Positions 47,929 to 59,030 of a stretch of 64,000 bases of DNA are shown here, in pieces. Location of the stretch: NCBI GenBank assembly GCA_964585065.1, contig CAZPCB010000001.1, forward strand, positions 80,034 to 144,033, written 5' to 3'. This stretch comes from an uncultured Candidatus Saccharibacteria bacterium (GTDB taxonomy: Bacteria; Patescibacteriota; Minisyncoccia; SW-4-49-11). The position numbers and the translations under genes were made by a program. Under the pieces are notes generated by a model, which saw nothing but the letters and a program-made list of their open reading frames with translations, did no database searches and was not told the origin of the DNA. How positions within the stretch are numbered: position 1 is the first letter of the stretch; each line of letters starts with the position of its first letter.

Positions 47929-49863
47929 TTATTTCTTTTCTTCAAATTCAGCATCTTTAGGAGCTTCAGCATTAGATCCAGCTTCTTCTTGCTTTTCATC
48001 AGCTTGACCATGATCATGCCCTGAATGAGCATCAGCTTCTCCTTGTGGTTGAGCTGCTTGCTCTGCCTGATATAATTCTGCTCCTACTTTTTGAGAAATA
48101 GTAGATAATTCATCTAAAGCTTTTTGTATATCTTCTTTAGAATCCTTATCTTTTACTTCCTTAAGAGCGGTAACTTTCTCTGTTAGGGCAGTATCATCTT
48201 CAGCTTTAATCTTGTCTTTACTCTCTTTTTGCATTTTTTCAGTAGCATAAATAAGAGTATCGGCTTGATTTCGAATTTCAATTAATTCTTTAGCCTTTTT
48301 ATCTTCTTCTGCATGAAGTTCAGCATCTTTTGTCATTTTCTCAATATCAGCATCGGATAATCCGGATGAAGCCTCAATTCGAATAGATTGCTCTTTATTA
48401 GTTGCTTTATCCTTAGCGGTAACTTTTAATATTCCATTAGCATCAATATCAAAGGTAACTTCAATTTGAGGAATACCTCTTGGTGCTGGAGGAATACCAT
48501 CAAGAATAAATCTTCCTAGAGGCTTATTGTCTTTTGCAAATTCTCGCTCTCCTTGAACAATATTAATATCTACAGATGGCTGATTGTCACTGGCTGTAGA
48601 AAATATCTGTGATTTTGAAACTGGTACGGTAGTATTTCGCTCAATAATTTTAGTTGAAACACCTCCCATAGTTTCAATTCCAAGTGATAATGGAGTAACA
48701 TCTAGGAGAAGCACATCTTTGACATCTCCTTGTAGAATTCCTCCTTGAATACCAGCCCCAATAGCAACTACCTCATCAGGATTAATACTTTGATTAGCCT
48801 CTCTTCCAAAAATTTCTTTTACAAATTCTTGTATTGCAGGCATTCGAGTTTGTCCTCCTACCAAAATAACCTCATCAATATCAGCCTTAGTGAATCCAGC
48901 ATCAGCAAGAGCTTTTTCACAAGGAGCTTTAGTTCTCTCAATTAAATCTCTTACTAATTCTTCTAGTTTTGATCGGGTAAGAGTAATATTTAAATGTTTT
49001 GGTCCTGTATCATCATTGGCAATAAATGGAATACTAATTTCTGTTTGTACGGAAGTAGATAATTCAATTTTTGCTTTTTCAGCAGATTCTTTTAATCTCT
49101 GTATAGCAAGACTATCACCTGATAAATCAATTCCTTGATCTTTCTTGAATTCAGTCAAGAGATAATCCATAATTATTTGATCCAAATCATCTCCTCCTAA
49201 ATGAGTATCTCCATTGGTTGCTCTTACTTCGATAGTATCTTGTGAGACCTCGAGTACAGAAACGTCAAATGTTCCTCCTCCAAAATCATATACTACAATT
49301 TGCTGGTCTTTTTTCTTATCAAATCCATAGGCGAGAGCCGCAGCTGTAGGTTCATTGATAATTCTCTTTACATCAAGACCCGCGATTTTACCAGCATCTT
49401 TAGTAGCTTTTCTCTGTGCATCATCAAAATATGCAGGTACAGTAATAACTGCTTCTGTCACAGGAGCTCCTAATTTTGCCTCAGCATCAGCCTTTAATTT
49501 TTGTAATACAATAGCTGCAATTTCAGCAGGCTGTTTCCATTCTTCTCCTAATTTAATTTCAACTCCCCCATTAGATGCCTCTCGGATTTCATAAGGTAAT
49601 AAAGCCTTATCTCTTTGAACTTCTTCATCAGAGAATTTACGTCCAATAAGTCTTTTGGCTGAGAAAATAGTATTTTTAGGATTAACAACACCTTGTCTTT
49701 TTGCTACAATTCCTACTAATCGCTCTCCACTTTTGGAAACAGCAACAATAGAAGGAGTTGTACGACTTCCTTCAGCATTCTCTAAGATTTTATGTGATCC
49801 TCCCTCAATAACTGCTACTGCAGAATTGGTGGTTCCAAGATCAATACCAATAATTTTACTCAT
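47929..49863 (-). CDS. dnaK: Molecular chaperone DnaK (Hsp70).
   Basis: '[14 protein letters not shown]', '[10 protein letters not shown]', '[14 protein letters not shown]' are canonical Hsp70 signatures. Confidence 0.95.
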   Translation of the reverse strand: MSKIIGIDLGTTNSAVAVIEGGSHKILENAEGSRTTPSIVAVSKSGERLVGIVAKRQGVVNPKNTIFSAKRLIGRKFSDEEVQRDKALLPYEIREASNGGVEIKLGEEWKQPAEIAAIVLQKLKADAEAKLGAPVTEAVITVPAYFDDAQRKATKDAGKIAGLDVKRIINEPTAAALAYGFDKKKDQQIVVYDFGGGTFDVSVLEVSQDTIEVRATNGDTHLGGDDLDQIIMDYLLTEFKKDQGIDLSGDSLAIQRLKESAEKAKIELSTSVQTEISIPFIANDDTGPKHLNITLTRSKLEELVRDLIERTKAPCEKALADAGFTKADIDEVILVGGQTRMPAIQEFVKEIFGREANQSINPDEVVAIGAGIQGGILQGDVKDVLLLDVTPLSLGIETMGGVSTKIIERNTTVPVSKSQIFSTASDNQPSVDINIVQGEREFAKDNKPLGRFILDGIPPAPRGIPQIEVTFDIDANGILKVTAKDKATNKEQSIRIEASSGLSDADIEKMTKDAELHAEEDKKAKELIEIRNQADTLIYATEKMQKESKDKIKAEDDTALTEKVTALKEVKDKDSKEDIQKALDELSTISQKVGAELYQAEQAAQPQGEADAHSGHDHGQADEKQEEAGSNAEAPKDAEFEEKK

Positions 49864-49903
49864 ATATTCATATATTAATTTTTACTTTTTTATTATACAC
49901 CTT

Positions 49904-49930
49904 TTAGCAATCTACTGTCAAGAGTGCTAA
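49904..49930. promoter_or_regulatory. CIRCE operator (HrcA binding site) upstream of dnaK.
   Basis: 'TTAGCAATC-tactgtcaa-GAGTGCTAA' against the consensus TTAGCACTC-N9-GAGTGCTAA. On the dnaK strand it is followed by a TATAAT -10 box at about 49875-49885. Confidence 0.65.
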
Positions 49931-50700
49931 ATATCTATTGAGAATGTTTTTTTTGCATTAGAGTCTAGAATTTCTGTTAATTTTTGTATATCAATTTGCC
50001 TTAATTCAGCTATTTTATTAATAGTATATAATACAAATAACGGAGTATTCTGTTGTCCTCTATAGGGAATAGGGGTGAGATATGGAGCATCTGTTTCTGC
50101 TAATAATTGATTTTCAGGAACTATTTTTACTGCCTCTTGTATAGACACAGCATTATTAAAGGTAATAATGCCTGAAAAAGAAAAATATATCCTATGTGAT
50201 AAGGTGTTGAACTTATATACCCAATCACTATTTCCCGTAAAACAATGTAATATAATCGTCAAATCTTGATATTCTGATAATACCTGAAATGTCTCTTCAA
50301 ATGAGTCTCTGGTATGAATAATAAGAGGCTTATTATATTCCAATGCAAATTCAATATGCAATCGAAATAATGCCTCTTGTTGCTCTCTAACTTCTTCAGG
50401 TTTATGATAATAAAAATCAAAACCTGTTTCCCCTATTGCAATAATAGCATTTGCTTTTAAGAGTATATTCATCTCCTCTCGAATAGTAGGAATATCTATT
50501 CTTTCATATTCATGGGGATGTACCCCAATCGAAGCATATAAAAAAGAATATTTTGAAGCTAACTCGACAGCTTTTTTACTATCTTCAATACTAGTACCAA
50601 CTAATATTGCTTGTATTGAGTTTTGTTGTAATGCTTGTAATAATTCTTCTCGATTTTCATCAAATTCTTCTGAATGAATATGACAATGAGTATCGAACAT
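49927..50700 (-). CDS. tatD: TatD-family metal-dependent hydrolase (DNase).
   Basis: 'MFDTHCHIH' N-terminus, with conserved His/Asp/Glu metal ligands throughout. Confidence 0.85.
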   Translation of the reverse strand: MFDTHCHIHSEEFDENREELLQALQQNSIQAILVGTSIEDSKKAVELASKYSFLYASIGVHPHEYERIDIPTIREEMNILLKANAIIAIGETGFDFYYHKPEEVREQQEALFRLHIEFALEYNKPLIIHTRDSFEETFQVLSEYQDLTIILHCFTGNSDWVYKFNTLSHRIYFSFSGIITFNNAVSIQEAVKIVPENQLLAETDAPYLTPIPYRGQQNTPLFVLYTINKIAELRQIDIQKLTEILDSNAKKTFSIDI

Positions 50701-53480
50701 TATTTTGTAATTTTATTAGTAGTAGTAATATTACCAGAAGTATCAGTAGCCTTAATCCAAAAATTAAATGGTCCAGCAGTAAGTGGTGGTTTATAGATAT
50801 ATGAATAGGTTTTAGGAGCTATACTTGGCTTTTTAATAAGATTCAATTGACCAATTGTATCGTCCCAGAATTCAACTTGAGCTACCCCCTGTATATCCGT
50901 AATATTAGCTGACAATATAAATCCTGCGACTTTATCTCCCGTGACACTAAAACTTTCTACAACTGGGCTCACTGAATCTAATTTAATAGTAATTTTAACA
51001 CTTGCTTCTGATTTATTGAGATAGGTATCAAAGGCACGTACGGTAAGTATTTTTTCCCCTCCAGATGGAGCAATAACCGTTTGATTAATAGTAGCTGATT
51101 CTGAGGATAATACCGATACATCATCCAGATACACATCTACTTGTTTTACTCCCTGTGAAGCAGTGACTCTAATATCTAATGGCACACTATTTCCTGTTAT
51201 TACTGTACCATTACTTGGGCTATTAATACTAATTTGAGGCTTATTCTCATCAGTATATACGGTATCTTTATCGTCTGGGATATTGGTAATATATCCTTTT
51301 GATCTTGCCCAAGCTAAAACTGGTCCCTCCCAATTATCAAATTGAGGATCTTCTTGTGGTTTTTTGGGCCAAGCCCCAAGAATATCATCTAATTTAACAT
51401 AATATAATTCACTGTGAACAGTTTTCACTTCTCGCTCTTCTATAAGCTCAGGAGGAGTACTATCTGTTGCAATTTTCCCTGTGGCAGTATTAATTTTGAA
51501 TTTTTGATTATACTCAAAACCACCTGTATTTACCATTGGCTTATTCCCCTTTTTAATTTCAGGCTTGGTAAATTTACCTGGAGTCCTTCCAGCTGCAATA
51601 GCTTCCCTCATAAATTTATTCCATATTGGAGAGGCAACTACAGAACCATCTGCACCATTTTTCATTGGTTTATTATCATTACGACCAACCCAAACTCCAG
51701 CAACTAGATTCGTAGTATATCCAACTGTCAAAGCATCTCTAAATTCTTGACTAGTACCAGTTTTAGCGGCAATATCAATACCTGGAATACTAAGATTATT
51801 CGTAAACCCAAATACAGATGCCCTTGCATTATTATCTGAGAGAATATCAGTAATTTGTCTTGCAACATTTATGTCTAGCCCTTGCTTTTCTTTTTTCTCC
51901 CAAGAATATAATGTTTCTCCGCTATTATTGGTAACCTTCATGAGTGGAGTAATAGAATTAAACTTTCCATCATTGGCATAGGCTGAATATGATCCAAAAT
52001 GTTCTATTAATTTAAGCTCTGCTCCACCTAATGCCATTGCAAGTCCTGATTTTCTTGATTCTGAATAATCAGTAATACCAAGCTCCCCTCCTAACTCAAG
52101 AGTATCTTTAATACCCGCTAAATATAGCATTTTTACAGCAGGGACATTCAAAGAAGTTGCCAAAGCTCTTCTTACACTAACTGGACCATTAAATTGCAAA
52201 TTAAAGTTCTTAGGCTCATAGGCTGGAAGTCCTGGTGTTGTTTCAAAATTAGTAGGAAGATCAAATAGGTATGAGTCTGGATTATATCCTTTAGTAAAAG
52301 CTTCAGCATATACCAAAGGTTTAATAGATGACCCTGGAGATTGTGGAGTTGTAAGTACATTCACATTCCCATCTGCATTGGTATCAAAATAATCTTTAGA
52401 TCCTACCAAAGCAAGAATATCCCCATTGGTTGGATCAATTGCACCAAGAGCGGCATTTTGAGTATCATATCGAGATCGAGTTTTTTCTACTTCTTCTTTT
52501 ACCGTCTTTTCAGCAATTTGCTGTAATTTCCAATCAAGGGTTGTCTGAACTTTTAAACCTCCTTGATCTAATACATCTTCTCCAAATTGTTCTGCTAATT
52601 TTTCACGTACATAAAACACAAAATGAGGAGCTTTAATATTCTGAGTAAATGGCTGTACTACTAATTTCTGCTCTTTTTGTTGATTATAAGCCTCTTCAGT
52701 AATATATCCTTGTTCCTTCATCTTTAATAATACCAATTGCTGACGAGACTCTAATTTATCAAAATTAGAACCATATGGGGAATAATAAGTTGGACGCTGA
52801 ATAATTGCTGCCATCATAGCGGCCTGATAGGGCTCTAATTCACTTGGCTTTTTTCCAAAAAAATTCTGAGAAGCAGCCTCTACTCCATAAATATTTCCGC
52901 CAAATGGAATTTCATTTAAATAAAATGCAATTATCTCATCTTTTGAATATTTTTGCTCAATTTGAATTGCCAAAATTGCCTCTCGAATTTTACGAATAAG
53001 AGATCTATCATTGGTTAATAGGGCATTCTTAACAAATTGTTGAGTAATTGTTGATCCTCCTCCACCAACACCACTTCCTGTTACATTTTGAAAAGCAGCT
53101 CTCACAATAGCAGTAGGCCTTACACCCAAATGCTTATAAAATTCTTGATCTTCAATAGATATAAAGGCCTGTTTTAATACATCTGGTATTTGATCAGCAG
53201 GAATAATAGTGCGATTTTCATTACCTGAAATTTCATATAATAGTTGCTCTCCTGTTCTATCGTAAATTTGTGTAGATTGTACGATTTTACGATTATCAAG
53301 ATTAACTACACTTGGCAAATCTTTTGCTACATAAGCATAGGCAATCAAAAAACTTACTATTCCAAAAATAAATAATCCTAATAGAATTCTATAGGTAATT
53401 TTTACCCATTTTTTACTCCAAAATGATGGCTTTTTGTGAATAGCCTTTTGAAGGTCATGAGATTTATGTTTTTTTTTCAT
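50700..53480 (-). CDS. Class A penicillin-binding protein (bifunctional GT51 transglycosylase and transpeptidase) with a roughly 200-aa C-terminal extension.
   Basis: TM anchor. GT51 'EDQEFYKHLGV'. TPase 'SPGSSIKP' (SxxK), 'SLN', 'KTGT'. Extra beta-rich C-terminal region. Confidence 0.85.
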   Translation of the reverse strand: MKKKHKSHDLQKAIHKKPSFWSKKWVKITYRILLGLFIFGIVSFLIAYAYVAKDLPSVVNLDNRKIVQSTQIYDRTGEQLLYEISGNENRTIIPADQIPDVLKQAFISIEDQEFYKHLGVRPTAIVRAAFQNVTGSGVGGGGSTITQQFVKNALLTNDRSLIRKIREAILAIQIEQKYSKDEIIAFYLNEIPFGGNIYGVEAASQNFFGKKPSELEPYQAAMMAAIIQRPTYYSPYGSNFDKLESRQQLVLLKMKEQGYITEEAYNQQKEQKLVVQPFTQNIKAPHFVFYVREKLAEQFGEDVLDQGGLKVQTTLDWKLQQIAEKTVKEEVEKTRSRYDTQNAALGAIDPTNGDILALVGSKDYFDTNADGNVNVLTTPQSPGSSIKPLVYAEAFTKGYNPDSYLFDLPTNFETTPGLPAYEPKNFNLQFNGPVSVRRALATSLNVPAVKMLYLAGIKDTLELGGELGITDYSESRKSGLAMALGGAELKLIEHFGSYSAYANDGKFNSITPLMKVTNNSGETLYSWEKKEKQGLDINVARQITDILSDNNARASVFGFTNNLSIPGIDIAAKTGTSQEFRDALTVGYTTNLVAGVWVGRNDNKPMKNGADGSVVASPIWNKFMREAIAAGRTPGKFTKPEIKKGNKPMVNTGGFEYNQKFKINTATGKIATDSTPPELIEEREVKTVHSELYYVKLDDILGAWPKKPQEDPQFDNWEGPVLAWARSKGYITNIPDDKDTVYTDENKPQISINSPSNGTVITGNSVPLDIRVTASQGVKQVDVYLDDVSVLSSESATINQTVIAPSGGEKILTVRAFDTYLNKSEASVKITIKLDSVSPVVESFSVTGDKVAGFILSANITDIQGVAQVEFWDDTIGQLNLIKKPSIAPKTYSYIYKPPLTAGPFNFWIKATDTSGNITTTNKITK

Positions 53481-53507
53481 AGCTATATGTTAAAAGTATA
53501 TAGACTT

Positions 53508-53849
53508 TTATGAAACTGCTTCTTCGGCTTCTGGCAATATGTCTAATCTTCTCTCATCTATCTCTTCTCCTGTATGAATATCTCGTCCATATGTTCCCTC
53601 TTCAATGCGAGCCAATGCCTTATCAATTTTCAATAATGTTTCTTCTAAAGTTCCTTCTACGAGAATATCTCGCTCATAATTAACCTGCTCCTGAGCATTA
53701 TCTTCCTCATCCTCACTGATATTCTGATATTTAACCTCATAGCCAGTTCCTGTACTGTCTTTAGTAGCCACAGAATCAAGCTCAGAAATAATTCTTTGTC
53801 TTTTTTCAAGAAGTCTATTACGATAGAGTTCTAATTTTACTGAGTCCAT
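53508..53849 (-). CDS. DksA/TraR-family-like protein lacking the C4 zinc-finger cysteines.
   Basis: 'LEETLLKIDKALARIEEGTYGRDIHTGEEIDERRLDILPEAE' parallels the DksA C-terminus, but Cys-x2-Cys is replaced by R-D..H-T. Confidence 0.45.
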   Translation of the reverse strand: MDSVKLELYRNRLLEKRQRIISELDSVATKDSTGTGYEVKYQNISEDEEDNAQEQVNYERDILVEGTLEETLLKIDKALARIEEGTYGRDIHTGEEIDERRLDILPEAEEAVS

Positions 53850-53886
53850 ATATATATACTAATTTTATACTTACTATTATAGTATA

Positions 53887-54651
53887 TTATACCAAGGAAG
53901 TAAATACAAGTAGTCCCAATAATATACTAATCAATACTGTCCTAGCTATTATTTTTTTAGTATTCAAGACTCTCAAATAAATATCTCTAAATATGGATAA
54001 TGAGAATATCAAAAAAGTAGTTAATATTATTGACTGGGTAAGATGAGTTAATGGCAATACTCTAAGTCCAATAAATAATTCCACTATTACAAGTGAAAGT
54101 ATAAAAGACATAATACGATAAAATTCACGATCAACCCCATACATCCATAAAATATATAATGAGATATTAAGCGTAGAAATAAAAGCAATAATACTCAATA
54201 TAATTGGTGATGTTGTTCCTATAAATATAGATCCAAATAAAAAGGCATAGGTGGAGAAAGATACAAATATACTACCGGATATAATAATTTGTCTCATAAA
54301 TTCTGAACTTCTATATTCTTTATGAGAAATAATATCTTGTACAAAAAATAGTCCCAAACCAAGAACAATTACAATAACGGCAATAGGCACTGTATCCCCT
54401 TTTATAACCCTCATAAATAGAATTGATGCAATAATAAAATGTAATGGTATTTGATAAGAACGTATTTTATATTGATACAAAAAAATTAAATACGCAATTA
54501 ATATCAAAAACCCTATTATTCCAAATAAACTAAATAATGATTGATTTGACTTAATAATATATAAATAACTTGGGAAAAACCCAATAAGCAATACAATATT
54601 CCAAAAATTTTTCTGGAATATTATTTGTTGTAACCATTTCACATACTGCAT
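53887..54651 (-). CDS. Hypothetical polytopic membrane protein (254 aa).
   Basis: About 7 TM helices. Confidence 0.35.
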   Translation of the reverse strand: MQYVKWLQQIIFQKNFWNIVLLIGFFPSYLYIIKSNQSLFSLFGIIGFLILIAYLIFLYQYKIRSYQIPLHFIIASILFMRVIKGDTVPIAVIVIVLGLGLFFVQDIISHKEYRSSEFMRQIIISGSIFVSFSTYAFLFGSIFIGTTSPIILSIIAFISTLNISLYILWMYGVDREFYRIMSFILSLVIVELFIGLRVLPLTHLTQSIILTTFLIFSLSIFRDIYLRVLNTKKIIARTVLISILLGLLVFTSLV

Positions 54652-54654
54652 ATA

Positions 54655-56475
54655 TTATCTCCGAAACTTGATTGATCTTCCTTGTGGTATATTATTTTTT
54701 GTAGGTTCTTTAGGTACCATGAGATTTGACTTTACTTCAGATAATAATTCATCCAAAAGCCCATCTACACTTAATTTCTCCTCTTGATTAGATACATGTA
54801 AGTCTTTCAGAAATTTTTCTTTAATCAAATATTCTGATTCCCCATAAGAAGAAGTTGATCTACTAAATACTTCTTTTAATTTTTTTGCCATTATTGGATT
54901 CGTATACTCTACGGATTCTGCAGTAGGAATATCTTGTTTCACTTCTGATATAATTTCTTCTATTTTCACCTCTGCTTTTGGAGTATTATCAATTAGCTCT
55001 GATGATAGAGGTACTTCAATCTCATCTTTAGGTATAGGATTTTCTTTTTCTAATTTTGGATAAACTATAGGATTAGCTTTATTTGAGGTATTATATGACT
55101 TTGATTTATCATTATAGGGTTTAGAATAAGGTTTTGATTTATTCTGGTTATCTGATGACGATTTTACTTGAGGCTCTAAAGATGCTTTAGTGTCTGTATT
55201 CTCAATATGTGCTCCTCTCAGTGAAGATTTAGTGTTTCCATATGTTTTACGAGAATACTCAATAATCTGATCTCGCATAGATATAAGTTCTGGCTCCGGA
55301 TCTGGCAATGTATCTGCACTAAATGGCTGACTAGTAGCCCCATCTATCATAAGCTTCAAATATATTTTCCATTTTGGAAGATTAACCAAATCCTCAATGG
55401 TAAGCACTGGAGTAAATTCTCTTTCCATAAATTCAGCATCAGCTGCCCCAATTCTAAATACAATAGTAGTCCCAACATTACCAAATACCGCACCTCTTAC
55501 AATTTCAGATAACTGTTCTACATATTGATGAGCCAATATAAGACTTAGTCTATATTTACGAGCTTCTGATAATATTTCGGCAAAAGAGTCTGTTGAAAAG
55601 TTTTGAAACTCATCGATATAGGCAAAAAAGTCTTGTCGCTGCTCCTCTGGGATATCAACCCTACTCATAGCAGCCAACTGCATTTTGGTAATCATCATAG
55701 CTCCCAGTAATTGAGCCCCTCCTTCTCCCACCGCTCCTTTCGATAAATTCATAATCAAAATTTTCTTTTGATCCATAATTTCTCGTAAATTGAAAGAAGA
55801 TTTAGCCTGTCCAATAATATTACGAATAAGTGGGGATGAAGTAAATTGCCCTACCTTATTTTGAATAGGAGCAATGGCCTCAACTAATAATTTATCTGTA
55901 TATCCATCAAATTCATTTAACCAGAATTGTTTTAATACCGGGTCATGCATTTTATACACAATATTAGCCCGAAAATTCTTATCTACAAGAATGCGCATAA
56001 TATCAAGCAAGGTACTTTCTTCATTCTCAAGTAGAGTTAAAATGGTATTACGAAGAATATATTCAAGTCTAGGTCCCCACGAATCCGCCCAAATTTTCTT
56101 AAACACTCCAACAAGACCATCAGATACAATATGTCTTTGATTTTCTGGAACATCCCCCAGAACATTAAATGCAATCGGATATTCTAAATCTTGAGGATTA
56201 AAATATACCACATCTTTCACGCGATGCTCTGGAATATAGTCTAGTAGCGCATCTGCTATATCACCATGGGGATCTACAAAAGCAAACCCATCTCCACTAC
56301 GTATATCGGATACTGCCATATTAAGAAGAAGAGAAGTCTTTCCCATTCCTGTTTTACCGATAATATGCATATGGCGACGTCTATCATCTCGCTTAATACC
56401 AAAAATTCTTCCCTGACCATGGAAATTAGTCTTGGCAACAATGGTAATATCTTTATTTGTTTGATTTTGACTCAT
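54655..56475 (-). CDS. HerA/FtsK/TraD-superfamily P-loop ATPase (DUF87-like) with a low-complexity C-terminal tail.
   Basis: 'RRRHMHIIGKTGMGKTSLLLNMAVS...FAFVDPHGD' (Walker A plus DPHG motif), Walker B-like 'FAYIDEFQNF'. C-terminal Ser/Asn/Lys-rich region. Confidence 0.55.
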   Translation of the reverse strand: MSQNQTNKDITIVAKTNFHGQGRIFGIKRDDRRRHMHIIGKTGMGKTSLLLNMAVSDIRSGDGFAFVDPHGDIADALLDYIPEHRVKDVVYFNPQDLEYPIAFNVLGDVPENQRHIVSDGLVGVFKKIWADSWGPRLEYILRNTILTLLENEESTLLDIMRILVDKNFRANIVYKMHDPVLKQFWLNEFDGYTDKLLVEAIAPIQNKVGQFTSSPLIRNIIGQAKSSFNLREIMDQKKILIMNLSKGAVGEGGAQLLGAMMITKMQLAAMSRVDIPEEQRQDFFAYIDEFQNFSTDSFAEILSEARKYRLSLILAHQYVEQLSEIVRGAVFGNVGTTIVFRIGAADAEFMEREFTPVLTIEDLVNLPKWKIYLKLMIDGATSQPFSADTLPDPEPELISMRDQIIEYSRKTYGNTKSSLRGAHIENTDTKASLEPQVKSSSDNQNKSKPYSKPYNDKSKSYNTSNKANPIVYPKLEKENPIPKDEIEVPLSSELIDNTPKAEVKIEEIISEVKQDIPTAESVEYTNPIMAKKLKEVFSRSTSSYGESEYLIKEKFLKDLHVSNQEEKLSVDGLLDELLSEVKSNLMVPKEPTKNNIPQGRSIKFRR

Positions 56476-56484
56476 ACTATTTGA

Positions 56485-57765
56485 TTACTCATTGATAATA
56501 GGAAGTCCCATAGGAGGATTGGCTTTTTTTGCCTGAACTCTCTTAAGTGTTGATGTAGTAACTGAACCACCTGGAAAATGAAATAACGTAGTTAATTCTT
56601 CGGTATTAAAAATAAATTTAGTACTTGCTATTTTACGTTTCACATAATTATCGAGCATTAATATTTTACGCAAACGCTCTTTTCCGCGAATAGGTTTATT
56701 GAAGAAATTACTTACTATAGTTATCGTATCTTCATTGGGTTTAAACGAATTCAAAGTAGAATCATTGAATTGTTTTAAACTACCCAGTAATGCTTTTGGT
56801 TGATTAGGGTTAAATCTTGCTTTTGGGGCTAAATATACTACCCTTAATACCGTTAAGAATCCTGGTTTAGTCATGCTCATTTCAATAGTTTCTATGGTAT
56901 TCTTTTTACCTGGGGTGAGATTTTGATCTACGCCAAACTTTTGCTCTTTAGGAGTAGGTGCCGATGGAGCCTTTACGATACCCAATGAGATAAATTCAAT
57001 AATTGGAGCTATATAGATATCTAGGAATGTTCTCTTATCTTCAAAGTCACGATCCAGTAGCTTATCTAATTCTTTTTTACTCACTTTACTCCAGGTATCC
57101 TCCAGAGATACTATTGGTAATTGCATCCATAATTGTTCATCTGGCTCTATACCTGCCATTACTTCTAATACCTGAGCTAAGGGGTCATTAATATTAGTAT
57201 CAATACTAGGATCTAAGAATTGTTGATAGGTACGAATGGGATAGGCATCATTTTTTGCCATACCAAGATCTATTCCAAAAAGATCATATTCAACTTCTAA
57301 TGTATCATTGCTAAATCCTTTGGTATAATCAGTAACTTCTATAATTTCTACCTCAGGAAAAGCACCATATATACCATTCTCTACCATTTTACGATATTTG
57401 ACATGGGTACGAATCAGGAAATGAATATCTCCTCCAATAGATACAATTTCAAGAGAAAACATATCAGGAAGAGCTCCTTCTATATTCGTCTCCCACCAAG
57501 AATATGAGGTTTGCCCACCATGTAGGGTAGTCAAAAACTGCTCCATAGATTTTGGAGTTTTCTCTTCACCTTTTTCTAATACAATTTCAAGTAATACAAA
57601 TTGTAAATTATTTTTTATCCAATTCCCTCGAATAAAATCAAAATAGAGGGTTCTCAGAATAGTCCAAAGTATAATCGGAAGCCAAACCCACCAAAAAGTT
57701 AAAATAAACCTAAAAATAAAAAATGCCTGATCTATGTTTACATATGATGAAATACCATTAGGCAT
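56485..57765 (-). CDS. Hypothetical membrane-anchored protein (426 aa).
   Basis: Two N-terminal TM helices, then a large soluble domain. Confidence 0.35.
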   Translation of the reverse strand: MPNGISSYVNIDQAFFIFRFILTFWWVWLPIILWTILRTLYFDFIRGNWIKNNLQFVLLEIVLEKGEEKTPKSMEQFLTTLHGGQTSYSWWETNIEGALPDMFSLEIVSIGGDIHFLIRTHVKYRKMVENGIYGAFPEVEIIEVTDYTKGFSNDTLEVEYDLFGIDLGMAKNDAYPIRTYQQFLDPSIDTNINDPLAQVLEVMAGIEPDEQLWMQLPIVSLEDTWSKVSKKELDKLLDRDFEDKRTFLDIYIAPIIEFISLGIVKAPSAPTPKEQKFGVDQNLTPGKKNTIETIEMSMTKPGFLTVLRVVYLAPKARFNPNQPKALLGSLKQFNDSTLNSFKPNEDTITIVSNFFNKPIRGKERLRKILMLDNYVKRKIASTKFIFNTEELTTLFHFPGGSVTTSTLKRVQAKKANPPMGLPIINE

Positions 57766-57816
57766 ACATTTGTGTCTATTATATATATCAAGTATATCAG
57801 GAAATATTTTGTTCGT

Positions 57817-58965
57817 CTACTTATTTATATGCTTTTCTAATAAATGTATAAGTCTTGTATTAAGTTCTTTTCCTGCCGTATGTATATCTTTGTCTGAAGC
57901 ATAACTATATACCAATACACCTTCATCATATTCTCCATCTAAATCAGAGATAAATTCTGACATATCAAGTTTAGAAAAATCAAGATATCCTTGTTTCGTA
58001 CTATTCCCATTATCTAAAAGAATATGAAGTCCCAATGTATCAGCTGGCAAATAGGATAAAATAGTTTGATATATAAGTGGTATATCATGAGGCTTAGTAT
58101 GTGTTTTTGAAAAGTCATGAGGAAAAAGTTTTGAGTAAGCATACCGTTGCTTTTCACCCTCAACAGTAATATCCATCCATTCTAAATGAGCTAAAATACG
58201 TCCAATTAATAATCTTTGACTATCTGTAATAAGGCTATTAAAAGCAGACTGAATAGCATCATAATCCCCTCCTAATTCCCTGATTTCAATAATTGACTTA
58301 TCTATGGCTAAATTATGCTTCTCTGATAATAACAAAGAAAAGAGAAGGGCATTACAAATATTAGCATTCCAAGCTTGAGGATAATAGGTTTTAATATAAT
58401 CAATAATAATTTCAGCATTTGAATTATAAGCTGAATTATATATTGTTTTTTCGGAATATGGATGTTTTATATCAAAAGCAGATATCACTAAAGAGGGAGT
58501 ATCAATAAATATATGGGGATAATCAGTAAAATATCTTCCTAATTGAGTCCAGTTTTGAGTATCTAATGTTACAACCAAATCATAAGGATATTTGCCTGGA
58601 GTAATAGTTACTAATTCAGATTGGAATTTTTCTGAAGGTGAATTAAGATAAATTCTTAGCTCAGAATCTGTTCTATCATATTTGAGAGATTCAATTGGGT
58701 ATTTAGTGGTATCAATAGAAATTACCGACTCTACTGAACCTTGTAATATTGAATTTATCATGGAAGTATCAATCATAGTCAATACTTGTTGTATATGAGT
58801 ATATGATGATATGATGCTCACTTGTTTTCCCTCGGCTTGTAATACAGAAGCAAGAGCCAGGGCTGAACCCAATATATGTATTCCATGAATTTCTGGAATA
58901 GGTATTACAATTGATTGAGCATTTTGTAATGTCTCATGCATTAATGTCAAATCTGATACGGCCAT
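57817..58965 (-). CDS. Hypothetical protein with a degenerate DHH/DHHA1 (NrnA-like) architecture.
   Basis: N-terminus 'IVIPIPEIHGIHILGSALALASVLQAEGKQVSII' resembles the DHH N-terminus, but the catalytic Asp/His residues are not conserved. C-terminal 'GGDYD' sits in place of GGGH. Confidence 0.3.
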   Translation of the reverse strand: MAVSDLTLMHETLQNAQSIVIPIPEIHGIHILGSALALASVLQAEGKQVSIISSYTHIQQVLTMIDTSMINSILQGSVESVISIDTTKYPIESLKYDRTDSELRIYLNSPSEKFQSELVTITPGKYPYDLVVTLDTQNWTQLGRYFTDYPHIFIDTPSLVISAFDIKHPYSEKTIYNSAYNSNAEIIIDYIKTYYPQAWNANICNALLFSLLLSEKHNLAIDKSIIEIRELGGDYDAIQSAFNSLITDSQRLLIGRILAHLEWMDITVEGEKQRYAYSKLFPHDFSKTHTKPHDIPLIYQTILSYLPADTLGLHILLDNGNSTKQGYLDFSKLDMSEFISDLDGEYDEGVLVYSYASDKDIHTAGKELNTRLIHLLEKHINK

Positions 58966-59030
58966 AATCTATCCTTATATAGAGGATTATTATACCAAAA
59001 TACCCGGATATAGTCAAAGACCCTTTCCTT

